From Mobula hypostoma (taxonomy: Eukaryota): a stretch of 64,000 nt of DNA. The stretch covers positions 27,344,001-27,408,000 of the forward strand of contig NC_086108.1 of NCBI RefSeq assembly GCF_963921235.1, written 5' to 3'. The notes beneath the pieces were generated by a model. It was not told the DNA's origin, did not search any database, and saw only the letters and a program-made list of their open reading frames with translations. Within the stretch, counting starts at the first letter, position 1, and every line of letters begins with the position of its first letter. Position numbers and translations under genes: made by a program. Positions 1-11,619 of the stretch are shown here, piece after piece.

Positions 1-438
1 CTCGAATGTCCCGTCATCTCACGCAGACAGTAGAAGGGAGAAACTCTTCCTGCCATGAACCTACAGCGCCGCAAACTTGTCGATGCCGCACCCTGGAAGC
101 ACCTGACCACAGCCGACTCTTGAGTCAGTCCGAAAAAATTGAGCCTGCGACACCGAGCACTAAGCACCATCTCTGCCGAGCACTTCGACCCCAGCCCTGG
201 CAACAGGCAATAGGCAAAGCCAAGGATTTGGGGCCTTCCCCCCCGGAGATTCTCGATCGCACAGTAGCAATGGCAGCGAAACAGGCATTTCAGAAGTTTC
301 TCCGGATGTTTCTCCATGCTTCTCACGTCTGTCTCCATCAAATCAAGATTGTGCACGGTACCTACTTAACAAATACCGATATCTTTTCGGAGCAGCCATG
401 CGCTCTGCGTCGCGCCGCCATCTTCTCCTCCCCTCCCC
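1..438 (-). mobile_element. 5' part of a non-coding, non-autonomous retroelement (same family as 52433-53025); continues off the window edge
   Basis: The reverse complement aligns by eye with 52450-52805 (shared blocks such as ACATCYGGAGAAAYTTCTGAAA and GACTCA(A)GAGTCGG). The 5' end reads GGGGAGGGGAGGAGAAGATGGCGGCG. No meaningful ORF. Confidence 0.65.
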
Positions 439-3400
439 AAATTGCCACAATGCCATTATGGCCACAATGTCATATTTCCATGTACTGCCCCATGCTCTGA
501 GTTCTTCACCCTTCTTTCTGATACTTCTGGCATTACAATAGACTCAGTTCAGCTATTTTTTAAAGAAAGTTCAAATATTACAGCAAACTTTCAGTTGGGA
601 GTGTATTTGATGCTGCTAAGAGAGCACTACTCCCTCATCTGACCACAACGTCTTCATTTGACTATGTATGTGCCCACAAGCAGCATCTGTGAACTCTTTC
701 TTCAATCAATTAGACAGTGGCTAATTGTTATCCCACCTTGGCTCTATTATTATCCTTTTGTACAAGATCTACCAATCTCAGTTCTGCAAATGTGATGGTA
801 GTGGATTCACTGTCTGCAAAACTCAGAAGGAGATTTTAATTTCTGTCTGTTACAAGTATTTACGATACCCTTACTAGGGGGAGGTCATACTGCATTCCAG
901 GACTAGCATACTTCTCTGTCCAGTCTCTGTGGCAAGGTCTAGCTGCCAATACTTACTGTTAGAGTGATGGGTTCCTCCTCTCTGCCAAGGAGGAGATACT
1001 TCCAGCTAATAAAGTAATTTAAATACCATTTTTTAATGGTATATGTTTAAATTTTGACAAATAGCTCTTAGTATTTCTGTCAGTCTTCTTGTCATTCCTA
1101 ACAATCCTCAATGCTTTCTAGTATATATACTGCTTTGCTACGAGATGACATTATCTACATGTGTTGTTTTTCAGATACCTTTCCTGGGATAAAGTAATTC
1201 ACACAGATGGTCTAAAAGCTTTTGGGGACTGTGTACCTAGACAGCCAAAATTAATGCTATGAGGTCTGACTCTCTGAGTACACTAATATTCAAACTATTG
1301 ATTGATCGGCTATACCTGTGATGTTTGATGTTCTAAGTGACAAAATCAGTCTGGTCTGAAAGCTTAGTTGAACTCAGTCACAGTGGTTCAATTAACTTCA
1401 CTAGTGATGCCTGTTTTGATGCAAGCCAATTGGCATACCGCAATATTTTACATTGATTAAATATGAGCCTATAAGACCTTATTGTTTACTTGTTTACAAC
1501 ACGAAGCTGAGCAATGAATATTGGTTAGAAGTTTATCTTTGTCATAATGAACTCTGACCATTTGGAAAGGTCATGCTTCTGTGCTAGAAAGATGAGTTTG
1601 ATAATAATAAGACACTGGGGCCTTGGAGAGAGAATATCCAACACATAATCAATATGACCTCTACAACGTTTTGAGAGTAGAAGTTCTTCCTGCACTTGCA
1701 ACGAAATGCTTTCTTTCATTTGGAGTGTACATAAATATGTTGCTAAGGTCGTAAAAGGCATCATCATCATTGGGGCTGTATTAATTGCTGCTCGCAACAG
1801 GATTTCAACATTGGATAGTGGCCCTTGTCAATTTTCAGGAGATCACTTTTATTTTGGGTTCACAGGAAACAAATTTAACAGCATTGATTTTTATTTAGCA
1901 ATGTCAACTATATTTTAGATCTCACAAGGTTGCACTATAATTATTTTGAACAAATTTATTTTGTATTGTATCTTATCTCCTGGAGAATCAATTCCAATCT
2001 GAAATTCTTCTCATTACTCAACCTTATCGGCTGATGATCTGAGCCAAAATAGACAATGTATATTTACTTTGTTGAATACAGAACAGTTATTCTATTCTTT
2101 ATGTGGGATCCTTAATGACAATGCAGTGACCATCTGATCTCTAGCACAGAAAATGTCTCAATAGTGTGCTTTTCAGATCCAGATGCAAATTCCTTTATTT
2201 ATCAAAACACACGGTGAAATTTGCCACCATAGCATGCCCACAGTGCTTGGCAGAACACCACAAAGCAGAGCACAACAAGCAACAAAACTACTGCAGCAAA
2301 GCCCCATTCCTCCCTCCCAGCCAGCTACCATGCACACACACAGTTCTCCAACCCCAGGACTGGCTGCCTCTGGCTGCAGTCTCCAGCCTCTAGTAGACTT
2401 CTGGATTTTCAGGAATCAGGCATTTGAGTTCCCCAGTGGACCTGCAGACTCAGGGCCCCGGCCATCAGGCCTTAACTTCCAGCCTTCCAGTAAACCTTTA
2501 GGCTTTGATCTTCAGTATTGATCCCTGGACCTGTCTATGAAAACTGATGAGGAGCCTGGCCTAGGACCCCAAACTTCAGACCAGAAACTCCAGACTCACT
2601 GGTGACAGGACCCCAAGCAACTCCAGTCTCACTGAATCGCGACCCCAGTAGTCACCAGCCTCCTACCTGCATGGAACTCCAATTCCAGAACCCACTGAAG
2701 TGGTGGTGGGGCAGGGGTAACTATTAGCCCTAATTCTCATAGGACCACTGGCCTGACATCCGATCACAGATGTCGTTCAACCCAAATCATACCTATCAAT
2801 TTCCTTTATTGCTTGGTCAGTCAAACTCTTACTGTTGAGACATTATGCTTTGGGATCTGTTGGTTCTTTAATTAACATATTCTTAGCTTGCAGATTCATC
2901 CATCAGAAATAAAGACAAATATACTTACACCAAACATGAACAGAAGGAACTGTTGAGATGGTAATTACTCAGGTTGTGTGAACCAGGAGAAAGAATGAAG
3001 CCAGTCTATGAGAGCTCAGCGGGGAAATGAATTGCTGTATCTCTATTGTCTGGAGCCTTGGCAGAGACGGAGTCACTTTATTCCACACAAACCAGGGCAG
3101 GTGTACAGCTCCATCCAAGTCTAGGTTGCAATGCTGCAGTACTACCATAACTTTAAAGGTTCCTCATTATTGGATGTGCCCATTCGTCTACCCGAATGTA
3201 ACATTGAGTTTAATGTCACTGAAACCTCACTTTCTGTTTATTACTTCCTTACAACCTCAGTAGCTATGGGCTCAGGTCATTTGTCATGATTTCCCAATGA
3301 GAACTGTCAGTGCCCAATGATTTGGGAGGATGAATAGTTACCTGCTCTGGGCTTATGAGGAACAATGAAATGGTAGTAACTCGTTCACCTCTTCAAGCCT

Positions 3401-4240
3401 GCCTGCCATTTCCAAAGGCTGATAGCCACTGACTTTGCAACTGCAGCTTAATATCTGAAGATCATATTTATTAAGCAAAGAAGCATTACTCATTACTGAA
3501 TTACCTCTGTTTTCATGGGTACATTAAGGTAATTTAATGTGTAGCTGCATTGTGTTATGGAAGTGCAGCAAGGTAAAAAAACTGAGGTTTTCTCTGATGC
3601 GTTCCTGTACAGAGATGCATGATGACAGTTATTAGTTGTATTTCCCTCATTCTTGCTACCCGAAGCCGAGGCGTTCTTCATCGCACCAGTGAGCTGTTGC
3701 ATGGCACTTTTCCATGGTGGAAATGAGGGTACGTAGAGGGGACTGTAATCACTGCAATCCCATGAGACAGCAGACCAGTGCAAGTCTCACATTTTCAGCT
3801 GCTATCACTGATGACAATTTAGAAGGTGGCCTTTACTTCAACTGCTCTCTACATCCTTTATTGACAATTTCATGGATGTAAAATAATCTGAATGATGCAA
3901 GTGAGAAATAAAGCAAAAAATGATGAAACAGGTCAGTGGAGAGAGGGATTTTTATGTTTCAAGCTAATGGCTCTTTTACCAGACACCCAAAAAGATATTA
4001 ACCTACTGGATTTTAACATGTGGGAATTAATTAAGTTGATTCATGTGACAAAGTACTAATTGTGTAAACTTGTGGCTTTTAACACAATCACTTCGTCATC
4101 AATTTTTATTTCGCGGCTTCACATCGAATCAACAAGAGTGGTATTGATTATGACCTAAGAAGTGTGACTTCAATTCCTAAGGGAAACACAACATTCTAGT
4201 GGAAGAATGGCGGTGAGACTGAGACATAAAAGAGATGGAG

Positions 4241-4775
4241 CATAGAACAGGAGAGCTCAGGAACAGACTCTGTAGCCCACAGTGCTCTAAAGAATGAATT
4301 GAACTATGATTTAAATGACTGACTCATCCCATCTGTCTGCACAATGTGCATGTCCCTCTGTTCTCTATGTGTTCATGTGCCTACATAAGGGTCTCTTAAA
4401 AACCTTAAAATGTTAGCCTCCACAACCACCCCCAGTACCCACCACTCTCTGCATAAAAAAAACTGTGCCACACATCTCCTCTGAATTTACCCCCTCTCAC
4501 CTTAAATGCATGCCCCTTGCATTAGACATGTCATTCTTAGGAAAATAATCTGACTGTCTACCCTGTCACTATGTCCCATTGTTTTGTAAACTTCTATTAA
4601 GTATTCTCTCAGCCTTTCACTCTCAAGGGAAAAGAACCCAAGTCTGTCAACCCTCTTCCTCATAGCTCACACCCTCCAATCCAAGCAACGTACTGGTAAG
4701 CCTCTTTTGCAGTCTCTTCAAAGCCTCCACACCTTTCCTGTGTTTTACGACCACAATTGCCCATGATACTCCAAA
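4241..4775 (-). mobile_element. Degenerate CR1 LINE 3' fragment
   Basis: Resembles the 3' end of the better preserved minus-strand CR1 at 48666-49400 (cccctctcaccttaaatgcatgcccc; tgatactccaaatg). Confidence 0.6.
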
Positions 4776-4779
4776 TGGG

Positions 4780-6429
4780 TGAAGTCTGCTGCTGTGTTTT
4801 TAGGGGATTGAAGCAGAGGCAACAAAACTGTAGTCCAGGTTAATTAAACCCAAAGATGTAATGCTAGAAAGCTTCATCTGTGGAGAGATGAAAATGAGGT
4901 TTACCAAATTTAAAAAAAGAGAGAACTTGGGGGCGGGGGGAAGCTATACAGAAACAAGCCGTGGCTGATGCAGGCACAGGCATGAGAGAAACCCAGCAAA
5001 CTCTTATAAACTAAAGATATAAACTGTTAAAAGTCGAATTAGTAGTGAGTTTCTCTACCCTACTTACTTGAAAACCTCAGGGTGAAACTCCTGGAGGAGA
5101 GACAATGTTGACAAAAGATCTATTCAAGTTATGGCTATAACATGCAGCAGCTATAACAAGACAATATCGGCAAAGACGAGTGTCCAAGATTTCTACTATG
5201 TAACTTTGAAGTAGTTCTGTTAAGTCATACCAAGGAATTTTGTCAGGTTTTTTTTGTGTAAGTATTGTGAATCGACTTTTATCCAATGAAGAAACAAGAT
5301 GGCAAGCCACCCAAGATTGAAGAACCAGCGAGACAGCGAAATATTGAATGATGTAGAGGATTTAATACAGTTGGATATATAAGTTTATTTTTATTTGGAG
5401 GACCTGAATCTGATTTTCTTGCAAGAACTGATTATTTACGCAAAGACTTTGATAAGTTACTGGACGAGATTTACTTTGTTAAAGAGTTGCGATATTGAAG
5501 GATTTTCGTGAAAGGAGTTAGTCATAGTCATAGTCATACTTTATTGATCCCAAGGGAAATTGGTTTTCCTTACAGTTGCACCATAAATAATTAAATAGTA
5601 ATATGTAAATTATGCCAGGAAATAATTACAGGACCAGCCTATTAGCTCAGGATGTCTGACCCTCCAAGGGAGGAGTTGTAAAGTTTGATGGCCACAGGCA
5701 GGAATGACTTCCTATGACGCTCAGTGTTGCATCTCGGTGGAATGAGTCTCTGGCTGAATGTACTCCTGTGCCCGACCAGTACATTATGTAGTGGATGGGA
5801 GACATTGTCCAAGATGGCATGCAACTTAGACAGCATCCTCTTTTCAGACACCACCGTCAGAGAGTCCAGTTCCATCCCCACAACATCACTGGCCTTACGA
5901 ATGAGTTTGTTGATTCTGTTGGTGGCTTATAGATATATATATATATAGCTTATAGATATTGGAATTTGAATTTGAATTTGTAGACATACTGACCTGAACT
6001 GAAACTAAAGTTAACCACCATACTTAAGAATGGGAATTCAATTAGATTTCTAACTACCTAGGGATAAATAAAAAAAGAAATGTTGGTCTGTAACCTTTAA
6101 GTAGGGAATAACACTAAATTTAATTAGTTAGAGAAATTGGAGTAATAAAGGTTACTCTAATGCATCTCATTGATTCTAACTAAAAAGGAATTTCGTTTTA
6201 GTTTGCAATCTGAGATTTAGAACCTAAGATAGAATGTTGGAATTTTGAATTATTCTTACTCTTGTAAATATTCTGTTCATATTGCCACTTTTTATAAACA
6301 AACTTACCTCCAGAGATGTATATTTTCTAGTCACTGCTTCCTTCTGAAACTTGGAGCTTCTGATGGCCTACTAGCCCCTGGTGTAATACTGTGTAACTTG
6401 ATTTTCTCTAGGAATACAGCAACGGTCAC
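4780..6429. mobile_element. Possible old LTR-like repeat interrupted by a Rex1 fragment
   Basis: Non-coding and ends in ...GGTCACA with an LTR-like U5 composition. The 5' end and TSD were not identified. Confidence 0.25.
5521..5925 (-). mobile_element. Rex1/Babar LINE 3' fragment
   Basis: ORF 5642-5881 (ELDSLTVVSEKRMLSKLHAILDNVSHPLH...RKSFLPVAIKLYN) matches the Rex1-type RT C-terminus. (TATGAC)n tail at 5521-5538. Near-identical to 11046-11536. Confidence 0.8.
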
Positions 6430-6459
6430 ATGAGATGAGACCAGTGCTTCACAGGTGTT

Positions 6460-7560
6460 ACAAGTCCACTGAGTTAGGAGCTTCACATAGCTCTGGAACA
6501 CCAGGACAATGAACATGTATATATCAGAATGTTCTTCATTGACTACTGCTCAGCATTTACCACTATCATCCCCTCGAATCCAATCACTAAGCTCCAAGAC
6601 CTGGCAACAACATGTCCTCCACTATCACAATCAACTCGAGTGCACCACAAGGCTATGTGCTTAGCCCCCTGCTCTACTCGCTTTATACTTGTGACTGTGT
6701 GGCTAAGTACATGTCCAATATTACACTGAAGTTTGCTGACAACACCACTGTTTGTTGGTCAAATCAAAAGTGGTGACAAATTGGCATATAGGAGGAAGAT
6801 TGAAAATCTGGTTGAATGGTGCCAACACAATAACTTCTCACTCAAAGTCGACAAAACCAAAGAACTGACTACAAGAGGAAGATGCCGGAGACCCATGAGC
6901 CAATCCTCATTAGGGGGGTCGGAGGTAGAGAGGGATAGTAACTTCAAATTCCTTGTTGTTATCATATTGCAGGATCTGTCCTGATTTCAGCACATAAGTG
7001 TCATCACAAAGAAGGCACGATAGCACCTCTGCTTTCTTTGAAGTTAGAATAGATTTGGCATGTCACCTAAAATATTGACAGTGGAGAGTATCCCAACTGG
7101 TTGCATCAGGCCCTCATATGGAAATACCAAGCCCAGAAATGAAAAAGGCTACAGAAAGTGATGGATACATTTCAGTGCATCACAGGAAAAGTCCTCCCCA
7201 CCATTGAACACATTTTGCATGGAGCGCTGTCACTAGGAAACAGCATCCATTATTAAGGACACGCACCAAAAAAGGCGATGCTCTGCTCTTGCTACTACTA
7301 TAGGGCAGGAGGTACACCACCTGATTCAGGAACGGTTATTACCCTCAACCACCAGACTCTTGAGCAGGCATGGATGTCTTCACTCACCATAACCGCAAAC
7401 TGACCCGGCAAACTACAGACTCACTTTCAGGGACGCTGTAACACTCGTATTATTTACATTTTATTTGGACAATTTTTCTTCTTTTACACAATGGTATTTT
7501 GTCAGTCTTCATTTATGCCGAGGACTAGGCTATATCCACTTTCTGTGGACTTTTCTGTTC
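6460..7560 (+). mobile_element. Degenerate Rex1/Babar LINE RT fragment
   Basis: Frameshifted motifs FFIDYCSAFTTIIPS, KFADNTT, WCQHNNFSLKVDKTKEL and FKFL. Confidence 0.75.
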
Positions 7561-7689
7561 CTGACATTGGTGTTTGCATACCAAGTTGTGATGTAACCTG
7601 TACATAGAATTACAATATTGTTGCAGTGACAGACAGTTGGTTTGCTTGAGGGACAGAACTGGCAGCTCAACATTGCTGGGTTTTGCTAC

Positions 7690-8440
7690 TTTATACCTGA
7701 TAGAGAGGGAAGTAAAAGCAGTGGGAAGCTTGCATAACGGCATTCTCCTTTATCTGCATAAGGACAAGTTGGCGTGAAAGGTTACAGGAGATCAGCCAAG
7801 AGGAACCAGCAGGTAGTGAGTAAACTTGATGGGTCGAATGGCCTAATTCTGTTCCGATGTCTTATGGTGTTATGGACAAGGTGTTATGGTGTTATGGTGT
7901 GAGGTAATTGAACCCAGAAGGTCTGAGGGGTCCTAAACTTAGGAAGAAAAAGGAGACATACAGTACCTGTATATAAGGTTTAAAGAGATAAAATCTGACA
8001 GGGTCCTTGGTGGAATGTAAAGGTGACAGGAAAGTGCTGAAGTAGGTGATTAACAGGGCTAACAGGAACCCTGAAAAGTCCTTGGTGAGTAGGATTCAGG
8101 AGAATCCCTTGGAATGTTATATTTACAGTAAGAAAAAGAGGGAAGCTGAAGAGGTGGTAAGTCCACTTAAGAACAAACATGAAAGGTTGTGCTTGGAGTC
8201 AGAAAAAAATGGAACGTTGAGTACTTACTGAGGAAATGGGTTTGGATAATAATGAAAATAGAGTGGGGCCTGTGAATGTGTTGGGACATGTGAGCTTGAT
8301 TTCAATGTTTCAGAGAAGTTTGGATCAGTACGTAGGGTATGAGGGCTATGTTCCTGGTGCACGTTGATGGGAGTAGGCAGTTTTGAATGGTAAGGAATGG
8401 ACTAGATGGGCCAAAGTTCCTGCTTCTGTACTGTAATTTC
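7690..8440 (+). mobile_element. Degenerate CR1 fragments
   Basis: CR1-type 3' tails (ggcctaattctgttccgatgtcttatggt; ggactagatgggcc) and an ORF2-like segment (NPLECYIYSKKKR). Confidence 0.5.
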
Positions 8441-8529
8441 AAAGAACATAGAACATAGAAAACCTGCAGCACAATACAGGCCCTTCGGCTCATAATGCTG
8501 TGCTGCATATGTACTTACATTAGAAATTA

Positions 8530-9254
8530 CTTAAGAACACTCACAACACTCTGGAGGAACTCAGCAGGTCAGGCAGCATCCGTGGAAAAGATCGGTCGAT
8601 GTTTTGGGCCGGAACCCTTCATCAGGACTGAAGAGGGAAGGGGCAGAGGCCCTATAAAGAAGGTGGGGGGAGGGTGGGAAGGAGAAGGCTGGTAGGTTCC
8701 AGGTGAAAAACCAGTGAGAGGAAAGATAGAGGGGTGGGGGTGGGGAGGCAGGGAGGTGATAGGCAGGAAAGGTGAAGAAGGAATAGGGGAAAACACAATG
8801 GGTAGTAGAAGGAGGCGGGACCATGAGGGAGGTGGTAGGCAGCTGGGGGAGGGGGCAGAGTGACATAGGGATAGGGGAAGGGAGGGGGGAGGGAATTACA
8901 GGAAGGTGGAGAATTCTATGTTCACATCAAGGGGCTGGAGACTACCTAGACGGTATATGAGGTATTGCTCCTCCAACCTGAGTTTAGCCTCATCATGGCA
9001 GCAGAGGAGGCCATATATGGACATATCTGAATGGGAGTGGGAAGCAGAGTTGAATTGGGTGGCTACCGGGAGATCCTGTCTGTTTTGGCGGATGGAGTGG
9101 AGGTGCTCGACGAAGCGGTCCCCCAATCTGTGTCAGGTTTCACCGATGTAGAGGAGGTCACACCGGGAGCACCGGATGCAATAGATGACCCCAACAGACT
9201 CACAAGTGAAGTGTTGCCTCACTTGGAAGGACTGTTTGGGGCCCTGAATGGTGG
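8530..9254 (-). mobile_element. Penelope-like element (Neptune type), 3' fragment with GIY-YIG domain and 3' terminal repeat
   Basis: VIYCIRCSRCDLLYIGET and GDRFVEHL...KLRLEEQYLIYRLGSLQP match the PLE ORF at 50780-51904. Confidence 0.85.
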
Positions 9255-9349
9255 CAATAGAAATCACGAAGAGAAGTGGTCCCAAAACAGATCCCTGAGG
9301 CACACCACTGGTCACTGACCTCCATGCAGAATTTCTCTTGCCACCATTC

Positions 9350-9888
9350 AGGGCCCCTCTTTCCCCTCAGACGGTTGAGGAAGTTTGGTATGGGCCCCCA
9401 AATCCTAATCCTTTCTGTAGGGGCACAATTGAGAGCATCCTGACTGGCTGCATCACTGCCTGGTGTGGGAATTACACTTCCCTCAATCGCAGGACTCTGC
9501 AGAGAGTGATGCAGATAGCCCGGCACACCTGAACTTGCCACTTTTCAGGACATTTACGAAGACAGGTATGTAAAAGGGGCCCGAAGGATTAGTGGGGACT
9601 TGAGTCACCCCAACCACAAATTGTTCCAGCTGCTACCTCCCGGAAACGGTACCGCAGCATAAAAGCCAGGACCGACAGGTTCTGGGACAGCTTCTTCCAC
9701 CAGGCCATCGGACTGATTAATAAATATAGATAGAATTGTATTTCTATGTTATATTGTCTGTCCTGTTGTACACATCATTTATTACACATTACTATAAATT
9801 GCACATTGCACATATAGACAGAGATGTAACATAAAGATGTTTACTCCTCATGTATATGGATGTAAGTAATAAACCCAATTCAATTCAA
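9350..9888 (+). mobile_element. Rex1/Babar LINE 3' fragment
   Basis: FCRGTIESILTGCITAWCGN motif; (AATTC)n tail near 9877-9888. Confidence 0.75.
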
Positions 9889-10387
9889 TAAGGATAGTCC
9901 AGGTAATTATAGACCAGTGATCCTCACATCAATGATAGGGATACTTATCACACTGTGCACTGTTTAAAGGGATCTTCAATACCGATTATTATAGCAGAAC
10001 TGCACGGAGGAAATAAAGCCACTGCCACCTGGTTATAGTTGTGCATGGCTGAGCTCAAGTGATTTGCTTTCATAAAGTCTTTCAACACCACATGGGAAGA
10101 CTTCAGTGTGAAGTGAAGAGAGAGGTAAGAATCTGAAGATCAGCAAGGGAGGGGGAAAAAGACTCTGCTCAGGTCAGTCTATCCTTCCAGCATCATTAGA
10201 GAGTATAAGTTCTCTGTTCAAAGCTGGAATTTCAAAGTAGACATTATCAAAGTACATATATGTCACCACATACAACCAGAGATACAAGAAATACTATAGA
10301 ATCAATGAAAGACATCTGCAAATAGGACAGACAAATAATCAATGTGCAAAAGACAACAAACTTTGCAAATGCAAAAAGAAAAAGAAG

Positions 10388-10423
10388 AAAAAAAAAAAAA
10401 ATAATAATAATAATAATAATAAT
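10388..10423. repeat. poly(A) run followed by a (TAA)n microsatellite
   Basis: Read directly from the sequence. Confidence 0.9.
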
Positions 10424-10433
10424 GAGAAAAGTA

Positions 10434-11591
10434 GTGTAGCCCCCCTGGCCACCCTCAGGGTCGCTCGGCTCGCTGTCGTCTAGGGAAACAGCCTCGGCCC
10501 CGCCAAACTGGGTAATAGTTTGTGTGGATGCTGTGTGATGTACCCCATCCCGCCCAACTAACAGACAATACACCAGATACAATTAAATGATTTACAGTTT
10601 ATAGATATTACTGGAACTATATAATTAATAGAGAATAAAATATAAAAGGAAAATAAAAGGCACCACACTTATCAAAGTTCAATCTCTTCGTGCACAAAAA
10701 AGTTGGAGCTCAGGACCCTTCTTCTTCACCTTGTAACCCCTCAGACCACCTCGACCGGCTGCCTGGGACCAACAACGGTGGTTGACCAGATGCTCCACAC
10801 GAGTCCATCTCCGTCTCCTCGCCGAACGCCCTCCTTGGGGTCCAACCCCGTTAGCGAACATCACAGCACCTGGTCCATCCTCTGCCTCTCTCTCCCACCT
10901 TCTCCCCCAAAACCCCGCGCATACGGTATCTTCAAATACACCAAAACCGTAACAACTATTCCAATTGATTCATAACATCTTCTTATCAGTAACGTGATTC
11001 AACAAGCTGCTAGCAGGAAGGATTTTCTCTGCGTTTAACATAACATTGTGTGCTGGGGCAGCAGGCTGAGGGTAGCAGACACCAACAGAATCAACAAACT
11101 CATTCATCAGGCCAGTGATGTTGTGGGGATGGAACTGGACTCTCTGACGGTGGTGTCTGAAAAGAGGATGCTGTCTAAGTTGCATGCCATCTTGGTCAAT
11201 GTCTCTCATCCACTACGTAATGTACTGGGTGGGCACAGGGTACATTCAGCCAGAGACTCATTCCACCGAGATGCAACACAGAGCGTCATAGGAAGTCATT
11301 CCTGCCTGTGGCCATCAAACTTTAAAACTCCTCCCTTGGAGGGTCAGACTCCCTGAGCCAATAGGCTGGTCATGAGCTTATTTCATAATTTACTGGCATA
11401 ACTTACATATTACTATTTAACTATTTATGGTTCTATTACTATTTATTATTTATGGTGCAACTGTAACGAAAACCAATTTCCCGCGGGATCAATAAAGTAT
11501 GACTACTGCTACTACTACTACTACTACTACTACTACAAAGAAGCATTCCCAAGTATAACATAACAAAGAAGCCATTTTAATTAGCCTACAC
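10434..11591. mobile_element. Solo-LTR-like element split by a Rex1 insertion
   Basis: Terminal inverted hexamers GTGTAG (10434-10439) and CTACAC (11586-11591), flanked by AGTA on both sides. The sequence ...TTAACATAACA resumes as ACAAAGAAGC after the Rex1 fragment. Confidence 0.55.
11046..11536 (+). mobile_element. Rex1/Babar LINE 3' fragment with a (TAC)n-expanded tail
   Basis: ORF 11048-11356 CWGSRLRVADTNRINKLIHQASDVVGMELDSL...; tail AATAAAGTATGAC(TAC)n. Confidence 0.8.
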
Positions 11592-11619
11592 AGTAACATA
11601 AGAGTCGAAACGCCCTTAC

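Noticed and set aside
6..500. 164-aa ORF as a host gene
   Set aside because: It lies antisense within a repeat that recurs at 52433-53025 and has no recognisable domain.
10401..10423. (TAA)n as the target site of the R4/Dong relic
   Set aside because: The tract belongs to a separate SINE/LINE-tail repeat and is not contiguous with the R4 boundary.
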